A DNA stretch of 61,854 bases, filler included, from Choristocarpus tenellus KU-1152 (lineage: Eukaryota; Protista; Phaeophyceae), in assembly GCA_964200185.2 (NCBI GenBank). It is 13 parts of 13 records of this genome, joined end to end, with 100 filler letters (N's around TTAATTAATTAA, not from the genome) between each part and the next. Parts side by side here need not be neighbours in the genome. Positions count along the whole stretch, not along the records: positions 11,427 to 15,074 come from CAXNAD020018747.1; positions 15,175 to 27,105 come from CAXNAD020002062.1; 11 more parts are not named here. One strand, written 5' to 3'. The position numbers and the translations under genes were made by a program. Every line of letters begins with the position of its first letter. Position 1 is the first letter of the stretch. Under the pieces are notes generated by a model. The model worked only from the letters and a program-made list of their open reading frames with translations. It was not told the DNA's origin and ran no database searches. Below are positions 12,150-24,100 of the stretch, one piece after another.

Positions 12150-15023
12150 AATCTAGACCAACACATATGAATACATGATCAGAACAGAACCCTTGTGAGC
12201 CCAGAAGGGTGGAGTCCTTATATCAGAAGAACATCTGAGCCGTGTGCGCTCATAAATCGTACGAATTCGCGAAGCATCCCGAGCTCTGATATTCGGTAAG
12301 GGGTGACAGGGGAGATCAGACGATCGAAGACCTTTGATGCTAACCATGGTGGTCGATAATAGATGTGAGAACGGATGGAAAGCCCTATCTGGACAAGTCC
12401 AATCTGGACCAATACTTCCGTGAGGGAAACAGTTGGAAGCCAGGGCCAGGTAGAGTGCTGTCTGAGACCTTGTGATCAGGCCTCCAACCTACTGCTTTCA
12501 GTCTCATCTCCTCAGCAAGGTGAAGTTCAGCCCTAAGCAGAAGAAAGATCCAGGTGAGGTCATGGATTTGATTGAGGACGAGGCGGAAAAAAGGATAGTT
12601 GCAGAGAAAGCCATGGGTTTTCATGACAAATGTGAAAAGAATGAGACCAAATTTGATGACAGAGGTAACAGGGGCAGTAATCGTGGTCATGTCAGTGATA
12701 GGAAGGCTGACAAGAAGGTTGGTGAAGGTAAGACTGGTCCCAAGGAGAAATTTGAGGTCACTTGTTTCAGCTGTGGCAAGACTGGTCATTGTGGGCAATA
12801 TTGTCATGGCTGAGTAGAGTTCCGTTGGATTGACAAACAGGATGCCAGGAGGCCCTTGGGGCAAAGAAGTGAGCCGCCATCAAGAGGCGCAAAGCAGCAG
12901 TCATTGGCACACAATTAGCAGACTGTCACTACACAGTCTACTGGTCCGAGTAGATTGGGAGCAGCACAGGGCACAAGGTCACATCAGGGGGAGTCTATTC
13001 AACCACCACCCAGGTTCTGGGAGGGACAAGACATCACCAGCACGGGTGGGAGATCAATGCAGGCGGAGGATATTACAACAGGTGACTATGATGGTGATAT
13101 GTCTCTTTTTGCACCAGAGACAGGGTTACACTCCGTGTTTAGAGAGGATCAAGAGATGTCACTGGCCAAGGATGGTGTTCAGGTGGAAAAGCTGCTGTAT
13201 CATGGCATTGCTGATGTGAATTGTGGGAGGTGGACCTGAGTGTCTGCCAACATCAGCCAAGGTTCTTCTGGATGGGGAATCTGGAGTGATAGGTTTGACT
13301 TGAGGTCATGCAGTCCGGCTAGGACAAAAGTGGGTGTGAATTTGATCCGCTCATCAACTGATCAAACGTCAGTGAAGATAGTCGATGGTGCTTCACGGGG
13401 GATCAAGGAGGTGACACTACCAATGTATGTGGCCCTGCGCTCTGGATATGGACCTGTAGTGCTAAGGAACTGAATACTTGCCATCATCCCTGGTGCTGAT
13501 GATGGGATCATTGTTGGATCCAAAACTCTGAAGGATGATCTCAGCATTGATGTGAGGAAATCGTTTGATGTTGATGGTCAACAGCGATTGGAGATAAGGA
13601 TGCCGGTCTCAGTCAAAAGGATGATGTGTCCATACGTCGAGTGAGTATCGGCATGGAGACCCCACAAGAGCGTGTAGGTCATGACAGCGCTGAAAGTGGT
13701 GATCACTCAACCACTCATTTGCTGGAACGTGCTCCAACCATGATGGTGGAGCCGGAAGAAGAATTTCAGCAGCGCAATGGTGCTCTGGACACTCAGGCAA
13801 GGCAGCCCAGCCAAGTAGACAGGCATGTCAAAATCTGCATGGATTTGTCTGCGCCATGTGATGTCTGAGCGCAACAATGCTTTTCGTTCCTCTGGGTCGT
13901 GACCCCACCAGCTCAGGTGGAGCCCAGGCGTGTAGTGCTGAAGGCTGGAGCCAAATCTGTCAAGGCAACGGCTCGTATATATTTTAGCCCAACCACCAGG
14001 TCTGGATGCGTGATTTTATGGCACTCTTCATAATGCTAAAGATCCTTCTCTGGGTGCCTTAGGCCGTGTGTTGCATTCCGAGCATGCCTGTACCAAAGCC
14101 TGATGGACGGGGCTATCGGCTCGTAACCGACTACAGAGCAGTGAACAGTCGCACGGAGAATGCCCGTTCCCAATGGGCTCAAAGTATCTGGGGGGGGTGG
14201 TGGCTGTCCGTTTGGGGCCAATTTTTTTATGTCGCGATTTTTGGGCGATTTGGTTCCATAATGTTGGATGGATAATGAAAGTGCAATTTTCCTGGTTTTG
14301 ATCCAAATGGACACTCTGGTGTAGACTCCCCCTCCCCCCCCCAGATACTTTGGGTCATGCCCAATCTTGAGGCTATGATGGTCATACCGCAGTCAGCCAA
14401 GTGTTTTGCAAGCTTGATCTTTTCAAGGGTTATTGGCAGTTTCCACTGTCCCTAGAAGGGCAGGAAATCTACACCATGGTAACTGAGGATGGATTGTTCT
14501 CATCCACATGTGTTCCATGGGGAGTTCTTAATGCAATGTCACGTTTTCAAGCCCAGATGACTGAAATGCTGGCAGGTCTGCTCAACTCGAAATGATTGGT
14601 ATGGATCAATGATATCATCGTCTGGGGACAGGACGAGGAGAGTTTGTCACCAACTTGGACCTTGTTTTCCAGCATCTTGAGACCCGTGGTATTTATGCCT
14701 TGGGTGACAAAGCTTGCTTTACACAACATCAATCAAGTGGTGTTGCAAGATATACACTGGTGACGGTGTCAAGCATGATCCAGCTCGATTGCAAGGTCTG
14801 ACTGATCTTAGACCACCCAGCACCGCAGCAGGAGAGTTGATATTTTGCAGGCAAGCAACTGGCTCCATGTGCATGTTCCTCAGCTGGCGGAAGTGGTTCA
14901 TCCTTTGTGGTTGTTGTTGGAAGAGTTGCTTTCTGGTCTCACACACAGGACAAAGCATGCGGCATCCAATAGAGCAATTCCAGGAGTGGCATGGTCTACA
15001 GACCGTGCTGTGGCATTGCGCTT
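12150..15023 (+). mobile_element. Degenerate Ty3/Gypsy LTR retrotransposon (gag, protease, RT), truncated
   Basis: CCHC knuckle CFSCGKTGHCGQYC; protease-like C-terminus (IIVGSKTL); RT motifs VPKPDGRGYRLVTDYRAVN, KLDLFKGYWQFPL, VPWGVLNA and WIND (from WIDD). Many stops and frameshifts. Confidence 0.92.
14176..14356. mobile_element. MITE subfamily B (181 bp, G-run TIRs, 3-bp TSD ATG) inserted in the Gypsy RT
   Basis: Ends are GGCTCAAAGTATCTGGGG... and ...CCCCAGATACTTTGGGTC, flanked by ATG/ATG. Confidence 0.92.
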
Positions 15024-15074
15024 GAGTGAAACTATCTTAGAGGGTACGAATTTTTCCCTGTTTGTCCATTTGTG
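15024..15074 (+). mobile_element. MITE subfamily A, 5' end only (cut by contig end)
   Basis: GAGTGAAACTATCTTAGAGGGTACGA...GTCCATTTG matches the full-length copies. Confidence 0.85.
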
Positions 15075-15174
15075 NNNNNNNNNNNNNNNNNNNNNNNNNN
15101 NNNNNNNNNNNNNNNNNNTTAATTAATTAANNNNNNNNNNNNNNNNNNNNNNNNNNNNNNNNNNNNNNNNNNNN

Positions 15175-18100
15175 CGAGATGATGCCATTGCTCAAATGGG
15201 AGAGGGTGTCAGCACCATGGGCACCACCAGGTTGAAGAATGATAGTAGGGGGTCAGATGCTGTAGGTCGATTCATCCTGGACACGGCATGGGCTCTGGGC
15301 ATTACAAGGGGCGAGAGCACTATCAAGACCAACGATAGCATAAATGATGAGGTAGGATATTATTGTCAGTCAAGAATGAACATACAGCCTTTCCACGATA
15401 TTGTCTTGAGCTTGTGATTGCCTAGAACATACAGTGGTTAATACGTGCCACAAAAGGTTGATGAATGTGTATTCTGCAACTGTTTTCTTGACCCATATTA
15501 ATCCAACAGTCCTCTACTAACGTTCAACTTTGTTCAAGGTGGATGCTGTATTTGCAGCTATGCACCGTGCACATAGCGCAGAGGTAACCTTTGAGGAGTA
15601 TACATCCTTCCTGTCTCGGTGAGAATGGGGTCAAAATCAAAGAACAAAATATACTCCGTACTTTCGGAGCACCTCCTCATAATGTCGTATCATTCACACC
15701 CTAGGAACTGGAGGTCACCTAGACTGATGTGTGCGAGGTGTGAGACAATCCTTGATGGGTGATATCATTGATGACATGGAAGCAGAAAATATTTTGTTTA
15801 GCACATGTTTTCTTGGAAGTTAATTTCAGTAACATATCTGGTGGTCAGCATAGGGTAGTGTCTTCCAAAATTTTCAGGTATTTTGTCTTTACCTGGAGCA
15901 CATGCATTATTTTCAACATCTATTGATGTTTATCTTATGCTGCTGAAGATTTTGAAATATTTGTCCTCTTATGTCCTCCCCGTCTGTTTCCCTCCATCAA
16001 TCTACCAAGGGCTGCCTACTCACAGGCTGAGGCGGAGGTTGCACGCCTATTTGAGGAGCTTGCGAAAGACAACAGTGACGATCCATCTGATGGGGAGGGA
16101 AACAGCTATGGTGACACACATGATACTGAAGAAGTACACAGTCATGATATCCAATTCACTGATGACAAAGTATTTCCTAAGTCAAATCAACAGCGTACAG
16201 ACCAGTTTCCACACCAAAGCATATTGTCAGGCGCCATATATGTTCCAACCTCGGGGCAAGGGGGTGATGGGCTCGGGGCCAATACAAGCACGGACAACGA
16301 CCCAAGAAGGGTGTTCAATGAGCAGGCAACAGGTTGTGCACGGTCACATCTTCAACAACAGTATCCTGAAGCACTAGATGGAACTATGGCTGACCTTGGT
16401 AGAAAGGCTGAAGATGAATCCCAATGGATCTCCGACAGAATGATGAGCATACCACAGGACGTTAAAATGTGGAGGACAGAGATTGTCCAGCAGGTGAGTG
16501 ACAGCTCATCGGGTTCTCAGTCGTGCAATGTAACTGTGTTATCAAGTTGGCTAATGGATACATGCATGCAACCAGCAGTCAAGTGGAACCAGAGGGATAT
16601 GCTGATAGTTGATGAGACTTTCCGTTTATGCATATTCACATAGACTGCCATATATCCCAGAGAATAGTCCTCCAGTTACCGACCTGCATTTTGTAGACAT
16701 GTGAAGGTTGGTTTGCTTGATTGAAACTAGAGCAGATAATATCTAGGGGTAAAAAACAAAGAACGATAGGGCCAAGCCGTTGATGCTGACATACTCACTT
16801 TTGCATCAGTTATCCGCCTAGACACATCCTCACACGTTTTCTACAACCCTACCACAACTCCTCCCTACTTTCTCGTCACCCATCCTTCCATGCTGTCTGT
16901 CACTGCAGTGGCTTTCAAACCACATCCAACTTCCACAATACCTACCCCAGTTCCAGGAGGCGTCAGTAGATGGACTGCTGCTGCTTGAGCTGGCCGACAA
17001 ATCTCTCCTAGAGGTTAGAACCTCAAGACCACCCATCAATCCTCAAACAAATTATCTTGCCGGGATCATTAACCTTCCATGTGCTAGTGCTCTGTGTGCA
17101 ATAGAGTTTCTTGTTGTACCATTTTATATAATGGTATATGTATAATACACTCGGAAGTTTCCGCATCTCCGAATTCATCTGAACTCAAGGTGACCCTACA
17201 CATACGCCCTATTTCCTCATCCCTGAAAGATCCGTCCTTGGAGCCATGAAAGGATTATTGAGTACAAGTAATAGTGTCATCCACCCCCAAAGTATATATA
17301 TATTCCGTCAATAGCAATGTTGTCACTTCATCTAGGAATCCTTCAAAATCTGAAGTTTGGTTATTGATTAATCAAACCTATTCTAATTCCAGCATTTTGA
17401 CAACCTCAACAGTAGTTGAAAAAGTCAAACATTGTGCAGCACAAGTAAAAGATCAAGGTAGAAGGATATTCAAAGGAAACTGAATGAGGCTGAAATATTA
17501 TTGCACATCACCTTACATGTGTCCTTGATGGATTTGTTCTCTGCTATGCTCATGTCTCTTCCTAAGCACTCACGGTAGAGAAAAAAAAGGAATATAGAAT
17601 CTCGAATTGTAAAAAAATTGTTTCACCCAGAAACAACTAATGAAAGAGTAGGAGAGACCCAAAGTATTTGGGGGGGGGAGGGGGTCTACACCAGGGCGTC
17701 CATTTGGGTCAAAATTGGGAAAAGTGCTTTTACATTATCCACCCGACGTATGCAACCAAATCACACAAAAACCACAACGTGAAAAAATTGACCCCAAATG
17801 GACAGCCGCCACCCCCCCCCCCAGATACTTTGAGCCAGATCATATAGCATAGCATGTGTTGTTGAGTGCATTCATTTTTCCATTGATGGGCAGTCTGTTC
17901 ATCAAGAGGAAGTTGTTCGAAGCCAACCTTCCCTTCCACTTTCTGGCAAAATCTCAGTCACTTTTGATTGCCTTTGCTCCATCGAGAGCAACAAGAAAAT
18001 AACAGTTGATTACATAAGAATATTGTATTATATAACGTACGCACCTTTCCAAACAGGTGACTCAAGTACTCTATATACTACATGGTTGTTGAAATACAAG

Positions 18101-21100
18101 ATATTACCAAGATCGTGTTCCCTTATATACACCTACTTCCTCAGGAAATGGGGATCCCAGACCCTCTCCATCGCCTCAAGATATCAAGACATATTGAGGA
18201 GCTGGGAAAGCAGCAACTGGTTAAGAAACACAAGGTGCCCTTTTCCTGTAGCTATCCACACTTAGATGAAAGACAGCATCATTGCACATCTCCCCCTCAA
18301 CACTCTTCCCAAGTATCATGGGTGTTTGCATCCCTGTCAAGAAGAATTGCTCATGAGATCAATGTCTTGCAACGCCTATTCTTCCTTCTCGTGAGAAAAT
18401 CAATCCAACAAACGTTCGTAAGGAGACTTACACCTGCTCAGCGATGTAAGGACTGCCTGGTCTTTGGTCTTGATTGTCACTCTTTCCCAGTTGTGACCAT
18501 GCAGAATCCCTTGACAGGACACATGAGAAAGAATCTATGTTACCTAGAGAATATTGGGGGGCTGATGTTCATATTCCACCATCTACAGTGGTTACTCTGG
18601 CCCATGCTCTCACACTTCATGCGCAATGGAGTAATGAGGACAAATGATTTCAAGGTTCTGTATGTGTGTCAGGGTATACTTTAGTATAAAATATCTAGAT
18701 AACAAGAAGCTGAACAACATAGCCTTTATCGAACCATAAGAGACTTTTTATCGCAGCTTGTTATTCCTCACATACTACTCTGGAGTATCATGTGTAAGTA
18801 CACAAATATTTCCTTTCTCACATTGTATCTTGAGGCAGACTTCAACAAAGCACCTTGTCAACATCACCAGTACTGATGCAAGATTGTGCAGAACGGGATA
18901 CAGCATTTAAATCTAGATTAATGTAACAGCCTAGAGATCAATTTAGTCCAGTAGGACCTATGCACACAACACCCCGTACCCCATCTAACCTAGGGTTCAT
19001 TCTACTTTGCTCTTATCTTTTATTGAGATAAGGTACATTCCCACCAACAAGTCAGTTATCAATGACATAGTCATGCCATTTGTTACAAGCGTTGTGCTGA
19101 CCAGCACCGACCCCCATCCCACTTGAGCTTTTTGCCTCAAACCAAATGATGTTTGCACACTTTGATCCAATAACAAGGTCGACATTGCCGAGAATAACAA
19201 TCCTCGACACCACCAAGTGGATCCAACTTCAACAGCAGGGGAAAAATCTGGTAGTGAACAGAAGAGAGGGGGTGCTCGACTCAAGAAGCAGAAGAATACC
19301 AACAGTGGCAGAGGGCGGAGAGTACAAAAACAGGCAAAACCTAAGCAGATAGCGGCAGGTTCTGGAAGTGAAACTAGAAATCCAAGGACTGCAAACACCT
19401 CTAGGTGCAGCAATTATTGTGTGGCAAGATTGTTCCAGTGTAATGATGGATTTCAGGGAGACGGCGCACAAAAAAAGACAGTTAATATATATATATATAT
19501 ATATGTGACCTCAGGGGACCTTGACTTTCTGCACAATGAATTGCTGGAGTACTTTGTAGGATGTCTCAACATAGCACTTAGCATCACAAATTCTTTGGTT
19601 GAGTTGAGTCTCCCCTGCAGATCAAAATGTACTCGAATGATATTCGAAAAACAGATATTAGCGAGTAAAAGGGATAGGTCACAATATCTAAGCCAGAAGG
19701 GTAGTAACTCACAGATCTTTTACGTACACAATCTGTGTATCTTACCAGCGTTAGAAGTATATTCCACCAAGATACTCAGTAGCCACCAGCGTTTGAGTAA
19801 ATCTCGTATTGATGCAGGTCTGCGCTGGATGTACGTGTGCTTGCTGTAAAGGTAAAATTGATACGGCATGTTAGTCCTCATAGATTCTCCGAAGTGACTA
19901 TGCACTCTCCATCGGAAATTTTGTTCACCCAGCCAATAACCGCAAACATCAAATTCTCACTTCGATCAGTAGAACAAACACTCAATTGATCTAGATATCT
20001 ACTACTACGGCTTATTCAGTTATATTTTCCTGGACAGGGCAAGGACGGAAAGGCACCTGAGAAGAACGAACAATATTTACATGTTTGAAGAATCGCCTCT
20101 TGGAAAAGCAGCTGCTCAGCAGCCTTCCCGACATCTTTGGAGGTAAGGTCTCACAAGACGGACACTTCCTTACATAACCACTTTCCCTTCCACCGAATTG
20201 AATACAAGCCTTGCGGTTGTAGAGATTGTCACCTTCTATGCTAGACGAAGTTATGAAACCTTTTCATTGTAGTACTGATATAGTACTGTTCGTGTAGTAC
20301 TGAATTATGCATGTGTTCGAAAACCATAGTGCATGGCCACAAACAGCTTATACCTACCTCACCGTTAGCATGATATACCTCAGGGTACTTCAGGTGGGTG
20401 CACACTATTTTCTAAAACTACTAGCATACTCCCCCCAGTTTGTATTCCGTACTCCTCCAGAAGAGAGGAGGACACAGTCAATGCTTTAGTTAAGTTTTAA
20501 ATTCATCATTCCCATGTGTTGGTGGACTTTGCTTTACATCTTTTCTGGGTATCTTAGATATTTCAATTGTCTCAAGGTATGGCTCACATCTCCCTCTCGT
20601 GACATGTCCCAATTCCTTCAAGATATACCCAAGAAAAAGATCCAGTGTTTGTCCCTGAAACAAGCCCAGGGGTTGATAAAGTTTTGAAAACGGAGGAGAA
20701 GGCATTTGAACAGGTTAGAAAGTGCTCTGTAATGTGTAGAGAATTAGAAAATATTTCGAACTGCAAACACCACCAATTCCCTGTTGCTGTTCGTAGATCA
20801 ATTAGATGTAATTGACTCAGCAAAGTAACTGCACAAAAATTCCTTCTTGTTGCCTAGCGCACTGGAAATTGTTCTTCAAATCATTTTTGAGGTACAAATC
20901 GGAACTTGTGTCTTGGGACAAAATACTTGACAAGGCACAGTCGTCCTCAAGACCCTTCCACTATTTCAGCTTAGAAATATCTCTAACAACCAAGAGTATT
21001 TAGAAGAGAAGCATAGAACAGAAAATACGACCTAAAATATAGGTTTGCAATATCCTCAACGTCTTGTCTAAATTGTGCCAGCCATCGTTTTGAATATATG

Positions 21101-24100
21101 CAATGTCTTCATCTCTAACTTGGCTGCCTCGCTTTCTTTTTTATACACTACATGTGCTCCTTCATCTGGGCAACCAAGGAAATGATTGGGTTACGGGAGG
21201 ATGTCCTATTGCAGGCAGACAAAGAGGCTGTGAAGCCCTTACAAGGTAGTGAAAACAATCTCTCAAGTAAGGATGAAGCCATCAGGCATGGACATCACCA
21301 GAGTTTGAGAGTCCCAGCTAGTGCAACCACCCCAGAAGTTCTGACCTTGGTGAAAAAGGTTTGTTCTATCTTCCTCATGCTTAGAGTTCCTTCATGATGG
21401 AGGGGGATCTTGAAAAGTGATCACTTAGTTGTCCTAGTCATCACAATGTCCCCTATCACGGAACCAAAATTCCTAGGGTGACAACCTGCATTAAATTTGT
21501 GTCCCATCTAATTTTGTCTCTCATGTGGTCGGACCTTACCTCTCGAGAATCAGGCAGTGCAGCAGGCTGCGACTTGCCTAGAGAACCAGGTGGAAGACTC
21601 CGCAAAGAGAGAGAGGAACGAAGAGGGGGAGGAGAAGAGCAGGTTGAGGAAGGAAAGGGGGAAGGACGGCTTTCCACAGGATTGGTGGGGGAGCTTGGGG
21701 GAGGAGGATCTACAAAGCAGCGAGGAGGAGAGTGACTCTAGCGTGGAATGGATTCCTGGGGTCAAGAATGATGTTTGGGAGATGCTGTCAAACAGACACA
21801 AGCCAAACAAAAATAACAGGGGAATGGGGTGAGTCTATTATTCCTCATCTCAATATGTATACAGAGGGTATATGAAAGGTCTGTTGCAGCACCTTCCTAA
21901 TCGTTTTTCTGGCCTTGTCATGTATATATTTTCCTGAATAGATAGTGGTAATATGCCCTGAAACATCAAGCACTGCAAAAACCACTTGCATATCATACAC
22001 AGTGAGTTGTTCCCGTCTCAGAATGCCATATGTTTTAACACACTCCTATCAAGTACTATTGCAAATTGTGTACAACTTTGAATCGGCATGCGGAGAAAAA
22101 ATCTGAGGTGCGCTTTAGTCCCCCACCTACCCCTTTGGATCCAAGAGCAGCAATATCTTTCTCTCAGCATTTGCTGGCTCTTTCTCATCTGGTGGTTGAG
22201 GTTGAGGTTAGGTTTAGGGATGAGCGATTCTCAAGTTTTTTCACGGTGACTGAGAACTTATCTGGAACGAGGGGACATACTCCATGAGGAACAGTGTGAT
22301 TTCCAGCTCCGACACTCCACACAGTGGACACGATGTACACTGCGCATACCCCTGAAGAGCTAGGCCGGGAAAAGCATATACCTATATTCATGGGTTTTAT
22401 TGACCTACAAAAAGCATGTGACTCTATTGAATGTGATCTCCTGTGAGCTGTGCTGACCAAAGTTGGCGTACCTGTAAAGGTAATTTCAGTCGATTCATTA
22501 GGATGGTGATAGTTCAAAGGTGGTCAGGTCCTTCAGTGCGAACAGTGTTGGAGTTGAAGACGGAGACCATATACCTTGTCCCCCACTAAGGCTGCAGACA
22601 TCACGAAGATGATCCGAGCACTAGGCCAAAAAGACAAGTGAACTGGCAAGTTTTTCTCTTTTCTTGGAGCCATCAACAATGATGAAGTCGTCATCACTGC
22701 CGGAATCAGCCGCAGGATCCAAGAGGCTTAGGGTTATTTCCACTAATTTTGCTCTATGACAGAATGTCAGGATTCAAAATATTTTAGAGGGTAGAGCCGC
22801 GTCCATTTGGAGGCCAAAATCCAATGATGCAATTTTGATGTAATTTTGGCTATCATGTTTGTTAGGAGATGACAATATCCTTGATCCGGACACACCTTTT
22901 CATAACGTATACATTTTTCCTACTCAAAAACAATTTGGAGTAGGTATAGTGTCATCAAGAACCCATGGGAAGTCAAGCCCCAAATGGACAAACAGGGCAA
23001 AACTCGTACCCTCTAAGATACTTTCACTCTCAGGTGTATCACAACTTGAGCTTAAGATCTGAACACTCAAGGCTGGAGTACATGAGGTTCTGACCAATAG
23101 TATCATAGAGGGGGGTCAGGTGTCCATTCGGGGCCGGTGTGAACCTGTAGTGATTCTCCTGTCATCTGAGTGAATGTGTCAGATATAACGGCAATTTCCT
23201 TCATCTGAACCTATCTTCCTTATCCATCCCGCTGCCTGGACCAAATCCGAAGGAAAATCGCTCGCAAAGTTGGCATCAAACTGGAGTATCTTGCAGCACC
23301 CCAACTAGCCCCGAATGGACAACCAGGGATAAACAACCTCCCCTCTATGATACTATGCCACTTCTGTTACATTGTTTTTTGACATGGATACCTTGTAGGA
23401 TCCATAATATGCAGCTTCACTCCCATCATCACAAATTGAGGAGGAAGTGGATGGCATCAACATTGCACCCCTCAATGTGCCCTCCTCTCCACCTCTATGC
23501 TTGCAATTAGGCTTTTGTACAAGAAATTCACTGAGCTAAAAAGTAATGGGGCAATGGGAGAGACCCACAGGTTGACGCGACCAAAGCTGGAGGTGAGAAA
23601 ACATTGCATTAGCACCTATTGCTAGGTAGTGGGCAGAACTTGTTGAGAGGTCAGTCTAAGGCAGCACCTATTCTCCTTCTCACCTCGTTGGCTGGTCGGC
23701 AGAACTCTTTTTTCTTTCATTTCAGGGTTAAGTCAAGTTGTCTTGCGACTGTTGGAAAATACTGCACATCAACACCAAGGTAGTCAGGATATGTGCGACC
23801 TATATCATGTCAATCAAAGTGCATGGTGGAAAATAGGCAACAACTGATATGAGCTGTTTGGGCATTGTGAGAACTTCTGCAATTCATAGGTACGGATAGA
23901 TTACAATCTACAGCTTGTGAGGTGGGGGCTAAGGAAGAGTAAAATTATTGGGGTAAGATAAGGAACGCAGAATATAATATCTCTGTGATATCCATACCTC
24001 CAAGTCCGTACTCATGCAACAAGAGTCCCTGGAAGTGAGATACGAAAATTGCCCCAAGAACGATACAACTACCACACCCTTGCAGGTGTGTTGTAGAGTG

